In this document: piece after piece, positions 6,750-15,559 of the stretch
Numbering within the stretch: position 1 is the first letter of the stretch
Layout of the letters: every line of letters begins with the position of its first letter
NCBI GenBank assembly: GCA_046542505.1
Contig: JBKHBH010000040.1
Span: 1-17,226, forward strand
DNA from: Thermovirgaceae bacterium
Lineage (GTDB): Bacteria > Synergistota > Synergistia > Synergistales > Thermovirgaceae
Reading direction: 5' to 3'
DNA: 17,226 nt
Position numbers and translations under genes: made by a program
Notes under the pieces: generated by a model
Told to the model about the DNA's origin: nothing
What the model saw: the letters and a program-made list of their open reading frames with translations, nothing else
Database searches by the model: none

Positions 6750-8420
6750 TCAATCAGGCGAACCCGCTTCATTGACCAGGGCTGTTACGTTGAAAAAATC
6801 GGCGCTGAGAGGCTGACGATAAACCGGCGTCCCGGGGTCTTTCCCCTCGAGAAGGGCCGCTCTGACCAGGGCGTATTCCGCCATGGCAGCACCGGAGGGC
6901 ACGGGATGGTCAAAGACTGAGGCCGGGACATGGTGAAAATCATCCGGACGGGATTCCACCCATCCTTCGGGCCCCCTGAAGGACTCCACGTAACTGGCCA
7001 AATCCACGGACACACTCCGCAGTTGCGGGTTTTCTTTCGCAAGGGTCAACACGGCCGCCAGAAGGGCCGCGGCGTCAAAGAGAAAGGATTGCTCCTGGAG
7101 TGCGCCGCGGGAAACGCAATGGGCCAGGCGCCGTCCGTCCCAGAAGACGTCCAGCAGGCGTTTTCCCATAGAATCGGCCATCTGGGAGAACGTTTTCTTT
7201 TGCAGCAGATACCCGGCCTCGGACAAGGCCATAACGGCGAGGGCATTGTTTCCGCACAGGATTTTGGTGTCTGCTTCAGGCTGGGGCCGTTCTCTCCGGG
7301 TTTCCAGGAGCTTTGCCTCAATTTCGGGCAGGTTCTCATCGACACGTTTCACCAGGTGGATCCTGCCTTCGAAGTTTCCGCCAGGTTCGATGTGATAAAC
7401 GCGCTTCAACTCGCGGAAATCCTCCCTGGAGAGGAGGCTTTCCAGCTCATCATAGCCCCACAGGTAGGTCCCGCCTTCTTCGTGTTGCGTATCGGCGTCA
7501 AAGGCAGCAAGAAACAGCCCCTCCCTTTCGAAGCATTCCCCGAGGCAGCGGGCGACGGTTTCCGCCGTTGACGCATAGGCCTCCTCTTTCAGGACGGAAG
7601 CGGCCAGGGAATAGCACCAAAGTCCCATGGCCTGGTCGTAGAGCATCTTCTCGAAATGGGGGATGTGCCACCGTTCGTCCACACAATACCGGAACAGGCC
7701 GCCCTGCAGGTGGTCATTGAGACCACCCAGCCGCATGGCATCCAGGGTCTTGCGGCACATGGCCCCGGCTGCAGGTGATTCCTCCTTCTCCAGCAAGTGC
7801 AAAAGGTACAGCAAGCTGCAATGGGGCGGGAACTTCGCACCTCTCCCGAACCCGCCTGACCGGTGGTCAAACAGCCGTTTCAGGGCCGGCAGGACCTGTT
7901 CACGCGAAACAGGGTCCGGCAAAGCCGCCGAAGGCATAAAAACCGCCGCATCAAGCTGTTCTTCCCGCCAGACCCGGTTCAGTCCTTTCGCCACATCCAG
8001 CAGGCCGGGCATTCCGCCTTCGGTCTGCGCCGGAAGGTAGGTAAAGGCAAATATCGGCTCAAGCCGTGGCGTCAGAAAAGCATTCAGCGGCCAGCCTCCA
8101 CTTCCCGTCGTGGCTGTGAGAAAGTCCATGAGATAGTGGTCGATATCGGGCCGCTCTTCCCGGTCGACCTTGACACAAACAAAATGTGAGTTTAGATACT
8201 CCGCCACGTTGTCATCGGAAAAGGCTCCCGCCGCCATGACATGACACCAGTGGCAGGTCGCGTATCCCGAGGATACGAAGATGGGAACATCACGTCTCGA
8301 GGCTTCCTCAATGATGCCCTTGCCCCATTCCTGCCACCAGACAGGATTGCCGGCGTGCTGCAAAAGGTACGGGGACCGGGCTGAATCCAGGTTGTTCCTG
8401 TCAAGACGTTCCGGTGTCAT
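6750..8420 (-). CDS. Thioredoxin-domain protein DUF255 (YyaL/SSP411-like)
   Basis: SPYLLQHAGNPVWW, CHWCHVM, KVDREERPDID, GGWPLNAFLTP, GGFGRGAKFP, PHFEKMLYDQA. Confidence 0.92.
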   Translation of the reverse strand: MTPERLDRNNLDSARSPYLLQHAGNPVWWQEWGKGIIEEASRRDVPIFVSSGYATCHWCHVMAAGAFSDDNVAEYLNSHFVCVKVDREERPDIDHYLMDFLTATTGSGGWPLNAFLTPRLEPIFAFTYLPAQTEGGMPGLLDVAKGLNRVWREEQLDAAVFMPSAALPDPVSREQVLPALKRLFDHRSGGFGRGAKFPPHCSLLYLLHLLEKEESPAAGAMCRKTLDAMRLGGLNDHLQGGLFRYCVDERWHIPHFEKMLYDQAMGLWCYSLAASVLKEEAYASTAETVARCLGECFEREGLFLAAFDADTQHEEGGTYLWGYDELESLLSREDFRELKRVYHIEPGGNFEGRIHLVKRVDENLPEIEAKLLETRRERPQPEADTKILCGNNALAVMALSEAGYLLQKKTFSQMADSMGKRLLDVFWDGRRLAHCVSRGALQEQSFLFDAAALLAAVLTLAKENPQLRSVSVDLASYVESFRGPEGWVESRPDDFHHVPASVFDHPVPSGAAMAEYALVRAALLEGKDPGTPVYRQPLSADFFNVTALVNEAGSPD

Positions 8421-9166
8421 CCGGCGTGTTTGACCTTTCCCACGGCTGCCATGTAAACGACAAACTCCTCTCCGCCGTCGACTCCCAGCAACTTGTCAGC
8501 CTCGTCCTGATCGTAGGCGGCGATGGCGCAGGCGCCTGCCGAGATGGCCTCGCAGGCCAGGTAAAGGTTCTGGCAGACATGTCCCGCATCAAGGGCGATC
8601 ACCTTGTAGGAGGCGTCGCCATAGCGCCACTCCATGCGGTACGGGACAGCCGTCCAGAAAAAGGTCACGGCTCCGGCACCGGCGAAGGCCTGACCCAGTG
8701 CCGCCCTGGCCGTCAGGGATTCCACGGCTTCAGGCCTGGAGACCGCCACGAGGGCGTGTTCAGTGGGAAGATACCGGTAAATCCCTTTTGAAAGACCCGG
8801 GACCCTGAAAAGGGCAAGATACGTCTCAAGGGCATGACGGCACCCGGCTGAGGGAACCACACGTTTGGCGTGCCCTCCTTCGGGCTTTTCCTTCATCCCC
8901 TGGGTCGCCCACAGGAGAAAGGAAAGCTCCTCCACAGAAAGAGGGTCCCAGTTGTAGTTCCTTCGGGAAGCCCTGTTCTGGATAGCATCCCAAAGTAGTA
9001 CCCCGCCTGGATCTTCCGGCTGCGGCAATGTTATCCGTTCGCAATCCTCCGGGCAGGGTTTGTAAACCGGAGGGGGTTTCACTCCCCGGTACTGGTCCGT
9101 TTCGGAAAAATCCACCTCTTTACGTATCGAATCCTTGAGAAAATACCGTCCTTCTTCCTTCATCAC
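8417..9166 (-). CDS. SagB/ThcOx family nitroreductase-fold flavoprotein
   Basis: RASRRNY, LSFLLWATQG, RVVPSAGCRHALETY, WRYG, LDAGHVCQNLYLACEA; ATGA overlap with the DUF255 gene. Confidence 0.92.
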   Translation of the reverse strand: MMKEEGRYFLKDSIRKEVDFSETDQYRGVKPPPVYKPCPEDCERITLPQPEDPGGVLLWDAIQNRASRRNYNWDPLSVEELSFLLWATQGMKEKPEGGHAKRVVPSAGCRHALETYLALFRVPGLSKGIYRYLPTEHALVAVSRPEAVESLTARAALGQAFAGAGAVTFFWTAVPYRMEWRYGDASYKVIALDAGHVCQNLYLACEAISAGACAIAAYDQDEADKLLGVDGGEEFVVYMAAVGKVKHAG

Positions 9167-9213
9167 GCAACACTCCCGGACTTAAAAGAATCTTGTTCAC
9201 TTTCGCCGGTTAC

Positions 9214-10629
9214 TCACTCGTCTGCAAGGAACCTGGGGCCGTGAGGCACGTTGCAGGCATGGCAGCGTTTCGTGTACCCCGCGGCGCTGTATCCCGTCAT
9301 CCCGCCGGCAACGTTGAAAAGCTTGGAAAAACCTTTTTGCTTCAGGATGGAGGCGGCGATGCTGCCCCGGTTTCCAGAACTGCAGATCACCACGACAGAT
9401 TTTTGGCGATCGAGCTCTTCATGACGAGACCTCAGCTCGTCAACGGGAATGTTGAGGGCACCTTCTATGTGATTGTCGTCGAATTCCGCCGGGGCACGCA
9501 CATCGAGCAAGATGAACTTTTCGGCGTCGGTGATCATGCCATGCAATCCCCCAGCCGAAAGGAGAGGGACGTTGCCTGTTGAAAAGCCCGCCGTGACCCA
9601 GGCCGGCATTCCCCCGGCGAGTATCCCTGTGATGCGGTCCACTCCAACCCTCCGGGCTCCGGTGACGGCCTTTTCGGCCTCCTCCGGCCCACTGTCGACG
9701 AGCAGGATATCCTTGTCCACCGGGAGGACCCAGCCGGCAAAAGTGGGGAAATTCCCGTTCAGGTCAAGATTCCACGATCCAGAAACATGATGGCCCGAAA
9801 AGGCATCGTAGGTTCTCACGTCGAGGATTTCCACATCCTTCGCTCGTTCCCGGAAGGCTGCCGGGTCCAGCTCCTCAGGCACGGGAAGTTTCGAAAGCAG
9901 CTCCGGCCCCTGCCGGTTGATCTCGGTACACCGCGAAAAGTGATCCGGAGCCGGCGGCATGTCGTTTGTAAGAGAATGGATAAATTCCTCCTTGTCCTCA
10001 ATATTGAGGGCGGGGTTGAAAAGCCGCTCGTACCCTATGGTGCTGGTCCGCTTGGCCGCCATGGAACGGCCGCACAGGGAACCCGCTCCATGTGCGGGAT
10101 ACACCTCGCAGTGATCGGGCAAAGACAGCAGTTTGTCGTGGAGGCTGTGATACAGTTTCCCCGCCAGGTCTTCCGCCTTGCCGGGGAAAAGATCGGGCCT
10201 TCCCACGTCACCCACGAAAAGGGTATCCCCGGTGAAAACCGCCACGGGACTGTCGCTCCTTGCAAGATCTTTCACGACGTAGGCCACATGCTCGGGTGTA
10301 TGGCCCGGCGTCTCCACGACTTCAAGAAGGAGGTTCTCGATCTCCACCGTGTCTTTTTCCGAAAGAGGGACGTGGTCGAAGACGCACTCGGCCGACCTGG
10401 GAACATGGATCTTCGCACCCGTCACCGCCGCAAGGTCCATGTGGCCGGAGACAAAGTCGGCATGCAGGTGGGTCTGAAAAATGTGAGTGATAGCCACCCC
10501 CATAGCCTGTGCCTCATCCAGATAAACCTGGATGTCTCGCCTCGGGTCGATCACTGCGCATGACGATTTCACTGCAAGAATATACGAACTGTGGGCAATC
10601 TTTTCCGTGAAAATCTGTCTGAGGAGCAT
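9214..10629 (-). CDS. MBL-fold hydrolase / persulfide dioxygenase-like protein fused to rhodanese domains (CstB/Blh-like)
   Basis: THLHADFVSGH, TPGHTPEH, FTGDTLFVGDVGRPDL, PAHGAGSLCG; two rhodanese domains, the C-terminal one with CSSGNRG; AGGAGG SD. Confidence 0.92.
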   Translation of the reverse strand: MLLRQIFTEKIAHSSYILAVKSSCAVIDPRRDIQVYLDEAQAMGVAITHIFQTHLHADFVSGHMDLAAVTGAKIHVPRSAECVFDHVPLSEKDTVEIENLLLEVVETPGHTPEHVAYVVKDLARSDSPVAVFTGDTLFVGDVGRPDLFPGKAEDLAGKLYHSLHDKLLSLPDHCEVYPAHGAGSLCGRSMAAKRTSTIGYERLFNPALNIEDKEEFIHSLTNDMPPAPDHFSRCTEINRQGPELLSKLPVPEELDPAAFRERAKDVEILDVRTYDAFSGHHVSGSWNLDLNGNFPTFAGWVLPVDKDILLVDSGPEEAEKAVTGARRVGVDRITGILAGGMPAWVTAGFSTGNVPLLSAGGLHGMITDAEKFILLDVRAPAEFDDNHIEGALNIPVDELRSRHEELDRQKSVVVICSSGNRGSIAASILKQKGFSKLFNVAGGMTGYSAAGYTKRCHACNVPHGPRFLADE

Positions 10630-10863
10630 GTTTGTTCCTCCTTTTGAAAATTGTCCCGGGATATTGGAAACTGCAGCAGTGCTGGACCACCCTGGTCTTT
10701 TTTCGTTTAAGCGATTACCGGTTATGAGGTTTCAGCAAGAAACCTGCCTGCTTTGCAAAGCATTGTATCCGCCGTTTCGGTCAATAAAATGGAACAGCCC
10801 AATTCCCGGCCCGTCTCCGACGGGGCTTTCTGCCGAAACATTTCTTCATTCAGGCCGTTTGCG

Positions 10864-12021
10864 TCACCATGCATTTCTGTAGATGCCTTCGATTTCCTCG
10901 ATGCCCAACTGCCTGGGGTTTTTGGAAAGAAGCCGCGTTTCGTTGACGGCGGATTCCGCCATCGTTGTCGTTGCGTCTTCGGGGACATCCACATCCCTGA
11001 GCCTTGCGGGAAGCCCCAGGTCCTCGATTAGTTCAAGCACCGCCTGAACGGAACTCCCGGCTGCTTCCCTGAGAGAAAGGTGCTCCACAGGCTCCCCCAG
11101 AGCTTCCGCGATGTCGGCATATTTTTCGAGCTCGCTCATCGCGTTGGCTTCCATGACGTAGGGCAGCATAAGGCTGTTGACGAGGCCGTGGGGCAAGTGG
11201 AACCGCCCGCCCAAGGTCAAGCTCAGGCCGTGGACCGCACCAAGGCCTGCGTTGGCAAAGGCCAAGCCCGCCTCGAGGCTGGCCAGTGACATGTAATACC
11301 GGCTTTCTTTGTTTTCCCCGTCAGCGACGGCCTTTCTCAAATACCGTGCGATCAGCCTGATCGCCGAAATCGACAGCTCTTCCGTAAAGGCGTTGGAACC
11401 GCGGGACACGTAGGACTCGATGGCGTGGACAAGGGCGTCCATGCCTGTTATCGCAGTGATCCCTGGAGGCATGGAGGAGGTAAAGGACGGATCGATCATG
11501 GCGAGGGAAGCTAGCATGTGGGGACTGACAATGCCCTTTTTCACGCCCCCCTCTTCCCCGATGCCGAAAACCCCGATGCGGGTGACTTCCGACCCCGTCC
11601 CGGCCGTCGTCGGGAGCATAATCGTGGGCAAACCCGGCTTGGGGACCTGGTTGACGCCTACAAGGCTTTTTGCCGGCACGTCGTTTTTCACAAGAAGGGC
11701 CGCCACCTTGGTGACATCCATTGAACTTCCGCCCCCGAGACCGATCAGGACATCCCAAGAACCATCCTTGACCCGGGAGGCCACCTGCTCTGTCAGTTCA
11801 AGGGGCGGTTCCGGCTCCACGGCATCGAAAAAGCCCGGATCCAGGCCGGCTTGATCCAGAACATCAAGGACCTGCTGCAGTATTCCGGCCTTGACGATTC
11901 CCGGGTCGGTGATAACAAAGGGACGTGAGCATCCCAGATCTTCTATTTGCCCGGGCAGTTCCCGGTATATGCCCTCGCCCAGCAAAAGAGCCGGCGGCGA
12001 ATAAAAGGCAATCTGTTTCAT
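10864..12021 (-). CDS. Iron-containing alcohol dehydrogenase
   Basis: GLGGGSSMD, PTTAGTGSEVT, GMDALVHAIESY, AVHG...HLPHG metal ligands. Confidence 0.93.
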   Translation of the reverse strand: MKQIAFYSPPALLLGEGIYRELPGQIEDLGCSRPFVITDPGIVKAGILQQVLDVLDQAGLDPGFFDAVEPEPPLELTEQVASRVKDGSWDVLIGLGGGSSMDVTKVAALLVKNDVPAKSLVGVNQVPKPGLPTIMLPTTAGTGSEVTRIGVFGIGEEGGVKKGIVSPHMLASLAMIDPSFTSSMPPGITAITGMDALVHAIESYVSRGSNAFTEELSISAIRLIARYLRKAVADGENKESRYYMSLASLEAGLAFANAGLGAVHGLSLTLGGRFHLPHGLVNSLMLPYVMEANAMSELEKYADIAEALGEPVEHLSLREAAGSSVQAVLELIEDLGLPARLRDVDVPEDATTTMAESAVNETRLLSKNPRQLGIEEIEGIYRNAW

Positions 12022-12044
12022 CCCGGACTGACACCTCCAATGGG

Positions 12045-13073
12045 CTACTTGAGATTTTCGCTCAGAACCGCCGGATCATACCGGTCGGCCAGCGCACAGC
12101 AGGCGAGAAGGGCTTCTGTCATGCTGACAGGGTTGGCGAGACCCTTCCAGGCGATGTCAAAGGCAGTGCCGTGATCCACCGAGGTCCGGATAAAGGGAAG
12201 GCCGAGGGTGACGCTGACGGTCCGGTAAAAATCATGGGTTTTTGCGGCGATGTGTCCCTGGTCATGATACAGCGAAATCACGCCGTCGAACTTCCCCTCC
12301 AAGGCCATATGAAAGACGCTGTCCGCAGGAACAGGTCCGGTGACATCTATCCCCGCATCTTGCGCCTGCTCGACACCCGGTATCAAAAACCGCGCTTCCT
12401 CGTCACCAAAAAGACCGCCGTCAGAGGCGTGCGGGTTGAGGGCCGCCAGGGCGAGTCTGCGGTCTTCAATTCCCAAAGACACCAGACAGCGGTCGGCGAG
12501 CCTGATGGACCGGACGATCCCCTCGACGGAGAGCCCCTCGATCATGGATTTGAGCGATTCGTGCCTGCTGTGGAAAAATATGCGCATGGCATCGACTAAA
12601 TACATGGTCACGCTTTCCCGGCTTTCGGAGAGTTTCGCAAGCATCTCCGTGTGCCCGATGTAGTGGTATCCCGCCTTCTTGAGAGCCTCCTTGTTGATGG
12701 GCGCCGTAGCGATTCCCTTGATCAGGCCCCTGAGTGCCAGGTCAACGCTTTTTGCGATGCATTCCACCGCGGTATGACCGCCGAGGGCTGAAATCCGGCC
12801 GATATCCAGATCCTGAATGTTCCCGACAATCCCGACGTCCAGCACCGGGATGGACGAAGGGCTTCTCTCGATTTTGCCCCGGCCGAGATCCACGGGCTGG
12901 AGGGAAGCAGACAGTTTCAGTCTCCTCTTGACGGCTTCAAGCACCTTCAGGTCTCCCACGAGAAGGTACTGTCCGCATTTCCAGATACCTTCGGATTCAA
13001 GGCTCTGCAACACAATCTCAGGCCCCACCCCGGCGGGGTCTCCCATCGTTACGGCTATTGGCATTTGACTCAT
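12045..13073 (-). CDS. pdxA: PdxA2-type 4-phosphothreonate / 4-hydroxythreonine-4-phosphate dehydrogenase
   Basis: TMGDPAGVGPE, TAPINKE, GHTE, LNPHA, YHDQGHI, RTSVDHGTAFDIAWKG; ATG at 13073 overlaps the kinase stop (ATGA) and follows AGGAGG. Confidence 0.93.
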   Translation of the reverse strand: MSQMPIAVTMGDPAGVGPEIVLQSLESEGIWKCGQYLLVGDLKVLEAVKRRLKLSASLQPVDLGRGKIERSPSSIPVLDVGIVGNIQDLDIGRISALGGHTAVECIAKSVDLALRGLIKGIATAPINKEALKKAGYHYIGHTEMLAKLSESRESVTMYLVDAMRIFFHSRHESLKSMIEGLSVEGIVRSIRLADRCLVSLGIEDRRLALAALNPHASDGGLFGDEEARFLIPGVEQAQDAGIDVTGPVPADSVFHMALEGKFDGVISLYHDQGHIAAKTHDFYRTVSVTLGLPFIRTSVDHGTAFDIAWKGLANPVSMTEALLACCALADRYDPAVLSENLK

Positions 13074-14299
13074 TCCGCATCCTCCTGTCGCAACCACTGG
13101 AGTGCCTTGTACAGGCCATCCCGGCCGCCTATGAGACCTCCTTTTGTGACTACCTTCAGCCCGTCTCGGGAAGTCCCCTTGATCCGGCCCCCCATCATCA
13201 ACGGAGCGAGTTCGGCGACGGGTTCAAGAAAATCGGCTCCCAGTCGGTCCAGAACACTCATCGCCGTATCCCCGCCGGAGAGAATGAGGCCGCACAAATT
13301 ACCATCCAGCGCCTGCATGACGATGGCACCGACTTCGGCGATCTGCCTCACAACTTCCTCCTCCCTGCCGTGGAGGACGGGCCCCTCCGGTTGAATAACC
13401 AGGCAGTCCGTCTTTTCTCGCTGCATCTGCCCGAGAAAGGCCCTGCAGTCCTGCATGACGACTGCGGTGTCCTGTCCGGGGGCAAACCGGTAAGGGGAAA
13501 CATTGAGCTTGCCTCCCAGGTATCCAAGCTGTTCCCTGGTCACATTGGAGGTACTGCCGATAAGGGCCAGGGCCATTTTCCTCTGCCCCGGAGCCAGGGT
13601 GTGGTAAAGGTACGCGGCGGTGAAGGGTCCGGGATCAACGGGGATAAACGAAACGGCAAGGGTTGCGGCGGCCTCGGCGATCGCCTCGATATCGCTGTCG
13701 CTTTGCGCGTCGGCAATGATGACCCGGCTTTCTTCCGCTTTTTGCCCGAGATCCCCGGCGATCTCCGCCATCCCTCCTTTTATCGTCTCAATAGAAATGC
13801 GGGATACCGGAAAGGAGCCCTCGAAATACCGGGGAACATAGCTCGTCGAAATGGGCCAGACAGGGTCATTCGCCACCTCGGTCCGTTCGAGGAGGGAACC
13901 GTTGAGCAGCTGGTAGCCCCCGACAGTGGTTCTCCCCGATGCGGGATAGGCCGGAACGACCAGGGCGACAGACTCGGGACGGTGTGCGAGAAGGCAGGCC
14001 GTCTCCACCAGGAGGTGGCCCCTGAGTGTGGTGTCGATGCGTTTCGCAAGTTGCCGGCCGGACCCGGCCCGCGCAACAAGGGTGTCCATCCGGGACCTTG
14101 CTCTTTCGGTTTCGATGGCCCGAGTGTTGAGGTTCACCACCAGCAGTTGGGACGGTTCCGGTTGTCCCGCGCCCTTCTTGCATTTCCAGTTCACCTGCAG
14201 CGTCGGTGAAAATCCTCTGGCTTTCAGCAGGATGGACTGTACCGAAGAGCCGGTGAGATCATCGCAAAAAACGGTAAAACCTGTTTCCCCTTGTCCCAT
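13070..14299 (-). CDS. Four-carbon acid sugar kinase (DUF1537, DtnK/DenK-like)
   Basis: DDLTG, KRIDTTLRG, PAYPASGRTTVGG, SGGDTA, TKGG; start taken as ATG 14299 after AGGTG; adjacent to pdxA2. Confidence 0.9.
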   Translation of the reverse strand: MGQGETGFTVFCDDLTGSSVQSILLKARGFSPTLQVNWKCKKGAGQPEPSQLLVVNLNTRAIETERARSRMDTLVARAGSGRQLAKRIDTTLRGHLLVETACLLAHRPESVALVVPAYPASGRTTVGGYQLLNGSLLERTEVANDPVWPISTSYVPRYFEGSFPVSRISIETIKGGMAEIAGDLGQKAEESRVIIADAQSDSDIEAIAEAAATLAVSFIPVDPGPFTAAYLYHTLAPGQRKMALALIGSTSNVTREQLGYLGGKLNVSPYRFAPGQDTAVVMQDCRAFLGQMQREKTDCLVIQPEGPVLHGREEEVVRQIAEVGAIVMQALDGNLCGLILSGGDTAMSVLDRLGADFLEPVAELAPLMMGGRIKGTSRDGLKVVTKGGLIGGRDGLYKALQWLRQEDAE

Positions 14300-14333
14300 T
14301 ATCTGATCACCTGTGTTTTTGCCCATCCAGATC

Positions 14334-14379
14334 GGTGAAAGACCGGGGTGGGAGATAAAACCCACCCCGGTCTTTCACC
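14334..14379. repeat. Perfect 19-bp inverted repeat; intercistronic stem-loop
   Basis: GGTGAAAGACCGGGGTGGG-agataaaa-CCCACCCCGGTCTTTCACC between dctP and the kinase. Confidence 0.85.
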
Positions 14380-14409
14380 CAGTGTCGCTCTTTTTTACCC
14401 CGTTCAGCC

Positions 14410-15456
14410 TTACAGACGCGGCCAGACAGCGTGGATATTTTCCTTGAAGTTGTTGTAAGACTCGATCACTTCTTTGGTAAATTCATCTTTTTCAGCTTCC
14501 TCGGCATAATACTTTTCGGCCTCTTCCATGAACGCATCCTCGATGGCTTTCGGGAGGGGGTGAATTTCAAGGCCCTCGTCACGGAATTTTTCCAGGGCCT
14601 CCAGGTCCGCCTCTATGGCCTTGGCGTAATAGGTATAGGCTTCTTCCTTCCATGCCGCCTCGATGATGTTTTGCAGGTCTTCGGGCAGTTCATCCCATAC
14701 TTTCTTGTTGAAGAAGTAGGGGTTCCATTCATAAGGGTGACGCACGGGGGAAAGGTAAATGTACTTGCCCGCTTCCTGCATTCCCATAGTCCAGTTGACG
14801 GCCGGGCTCGCAACTTCATAGGCGTCAATGACGCCACGATGCATGGCTTCGAAAACCTCGCCCACGGGCATGAGGGAACAGGCTGCGCCCATTCTGTCAA
14901 GGATTTCCGCGCCATCACCGGCTGAACGTATCCTCAGTCCCTCCAGGTCGGCAGGGGTTTCCAGGGGTTTGTTCGTGACCAAAAATACTTCCGGCGGAGC
15001 CAGCTGGCCCGCCCCGTTAATGATTTTTACGTTGTAATCCTTGAGCATCTTCTGGACGAGCTCGTTGCCTCCTCCTTCAAGCATCCAGACCATGGTCTCG
15101 CTGGGCGACATCCCGCCCGGTTTTGCGGTCAGTATTCCCGCTGCCGGCCACCTGTCCTTGTAGTACATGTAACAGGTATCGGCGAAGTCCAGGACCCCCC
15201 GGTGGACGCCGTCAAGCTCCTTGGTGGCCGGATAAATGGCGCCTGCCGGCTGCACGTTGAGTTTCAGCCTTCCGCCGCTGGCCGCCTCGGCTCTCTTGCA
15301 CGCCCTTACCAGAGACTCGTACATCACGTTTCCTGCCGGCATGCGCGACTGCCCCGTCAACTCGTAGACCTTTTCCTGTGCGCCGGCCACACCGGCGGCA
15401 AGCATGAGGGCAATCAGACACGCAACGGACATGAATAACCAGAATCTCCTTCTCAT
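14410..15456 (-). CDS. dctP: TRAP transporter substrate-binding protein
   Basis: Signal peptide MRRRFWLF...AGA-Q; NKPLETPADLEGLRIR (conserved Arg), EVFEAMHRGVIDA, WDELPEDLQ; GGGGAGG SD. Confidence 0.93.
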   Translation of the reverse strand: MRRRFWLFMSVACLIALMLAAGVAGAQEKVYELTGQSRMPAGNVMYESLVRACKRAEAASGGRLKLNVQPAGAIYPATKELDGVHRGVLDFADTCYMYYKDRWPAAGILTAKPGGMSPSETMVWMLEGGGNELVQKMLKDYNVKIINGAGQLAPPEVFLVTNKPLETPADLEGLRIRSAGDGAEILDRMGAACSLMPVGEVFEAMHRGVIDAYEVASPAVNWTMGMQEAGKYIYLSPVRHPYEWNPYFFNKKVWDELPEDLQNIIEAAWKEEAYTYYAKAIEADLEALEKFRDEGLEIHPLPKAIEDAFMEEAEKYYAEEAEKDEFTKEVIESYNNFKENIHAVWPRL

Positions 15457-15559
15457 TTTTGACTACCTCCCCTGTTTTGTTTCTCAGTCCGGGTTCTCTT
15501 CGGCCTTATTTGCCTAATGGCACCACCTCCGCTCCTTTCCGGATCAAAAACTCAGACTA

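Noticed and set aside
8417..9166. SagB/ThcOx gene as part of an azole RiPP cluster
   Set aside because: No YcaO, E1-like protein, precursor peptide or exporter nearby; stand-alone members of this family are common.
3006..14209. Long plus-strand ORFs such as 3714-4769, 4292-5086, 9787-10563 and 13058-14209
   Set aside because: Antisense shadows of well-supported minus-strand genes in GC-rich DNA, with no recognisable motifs.
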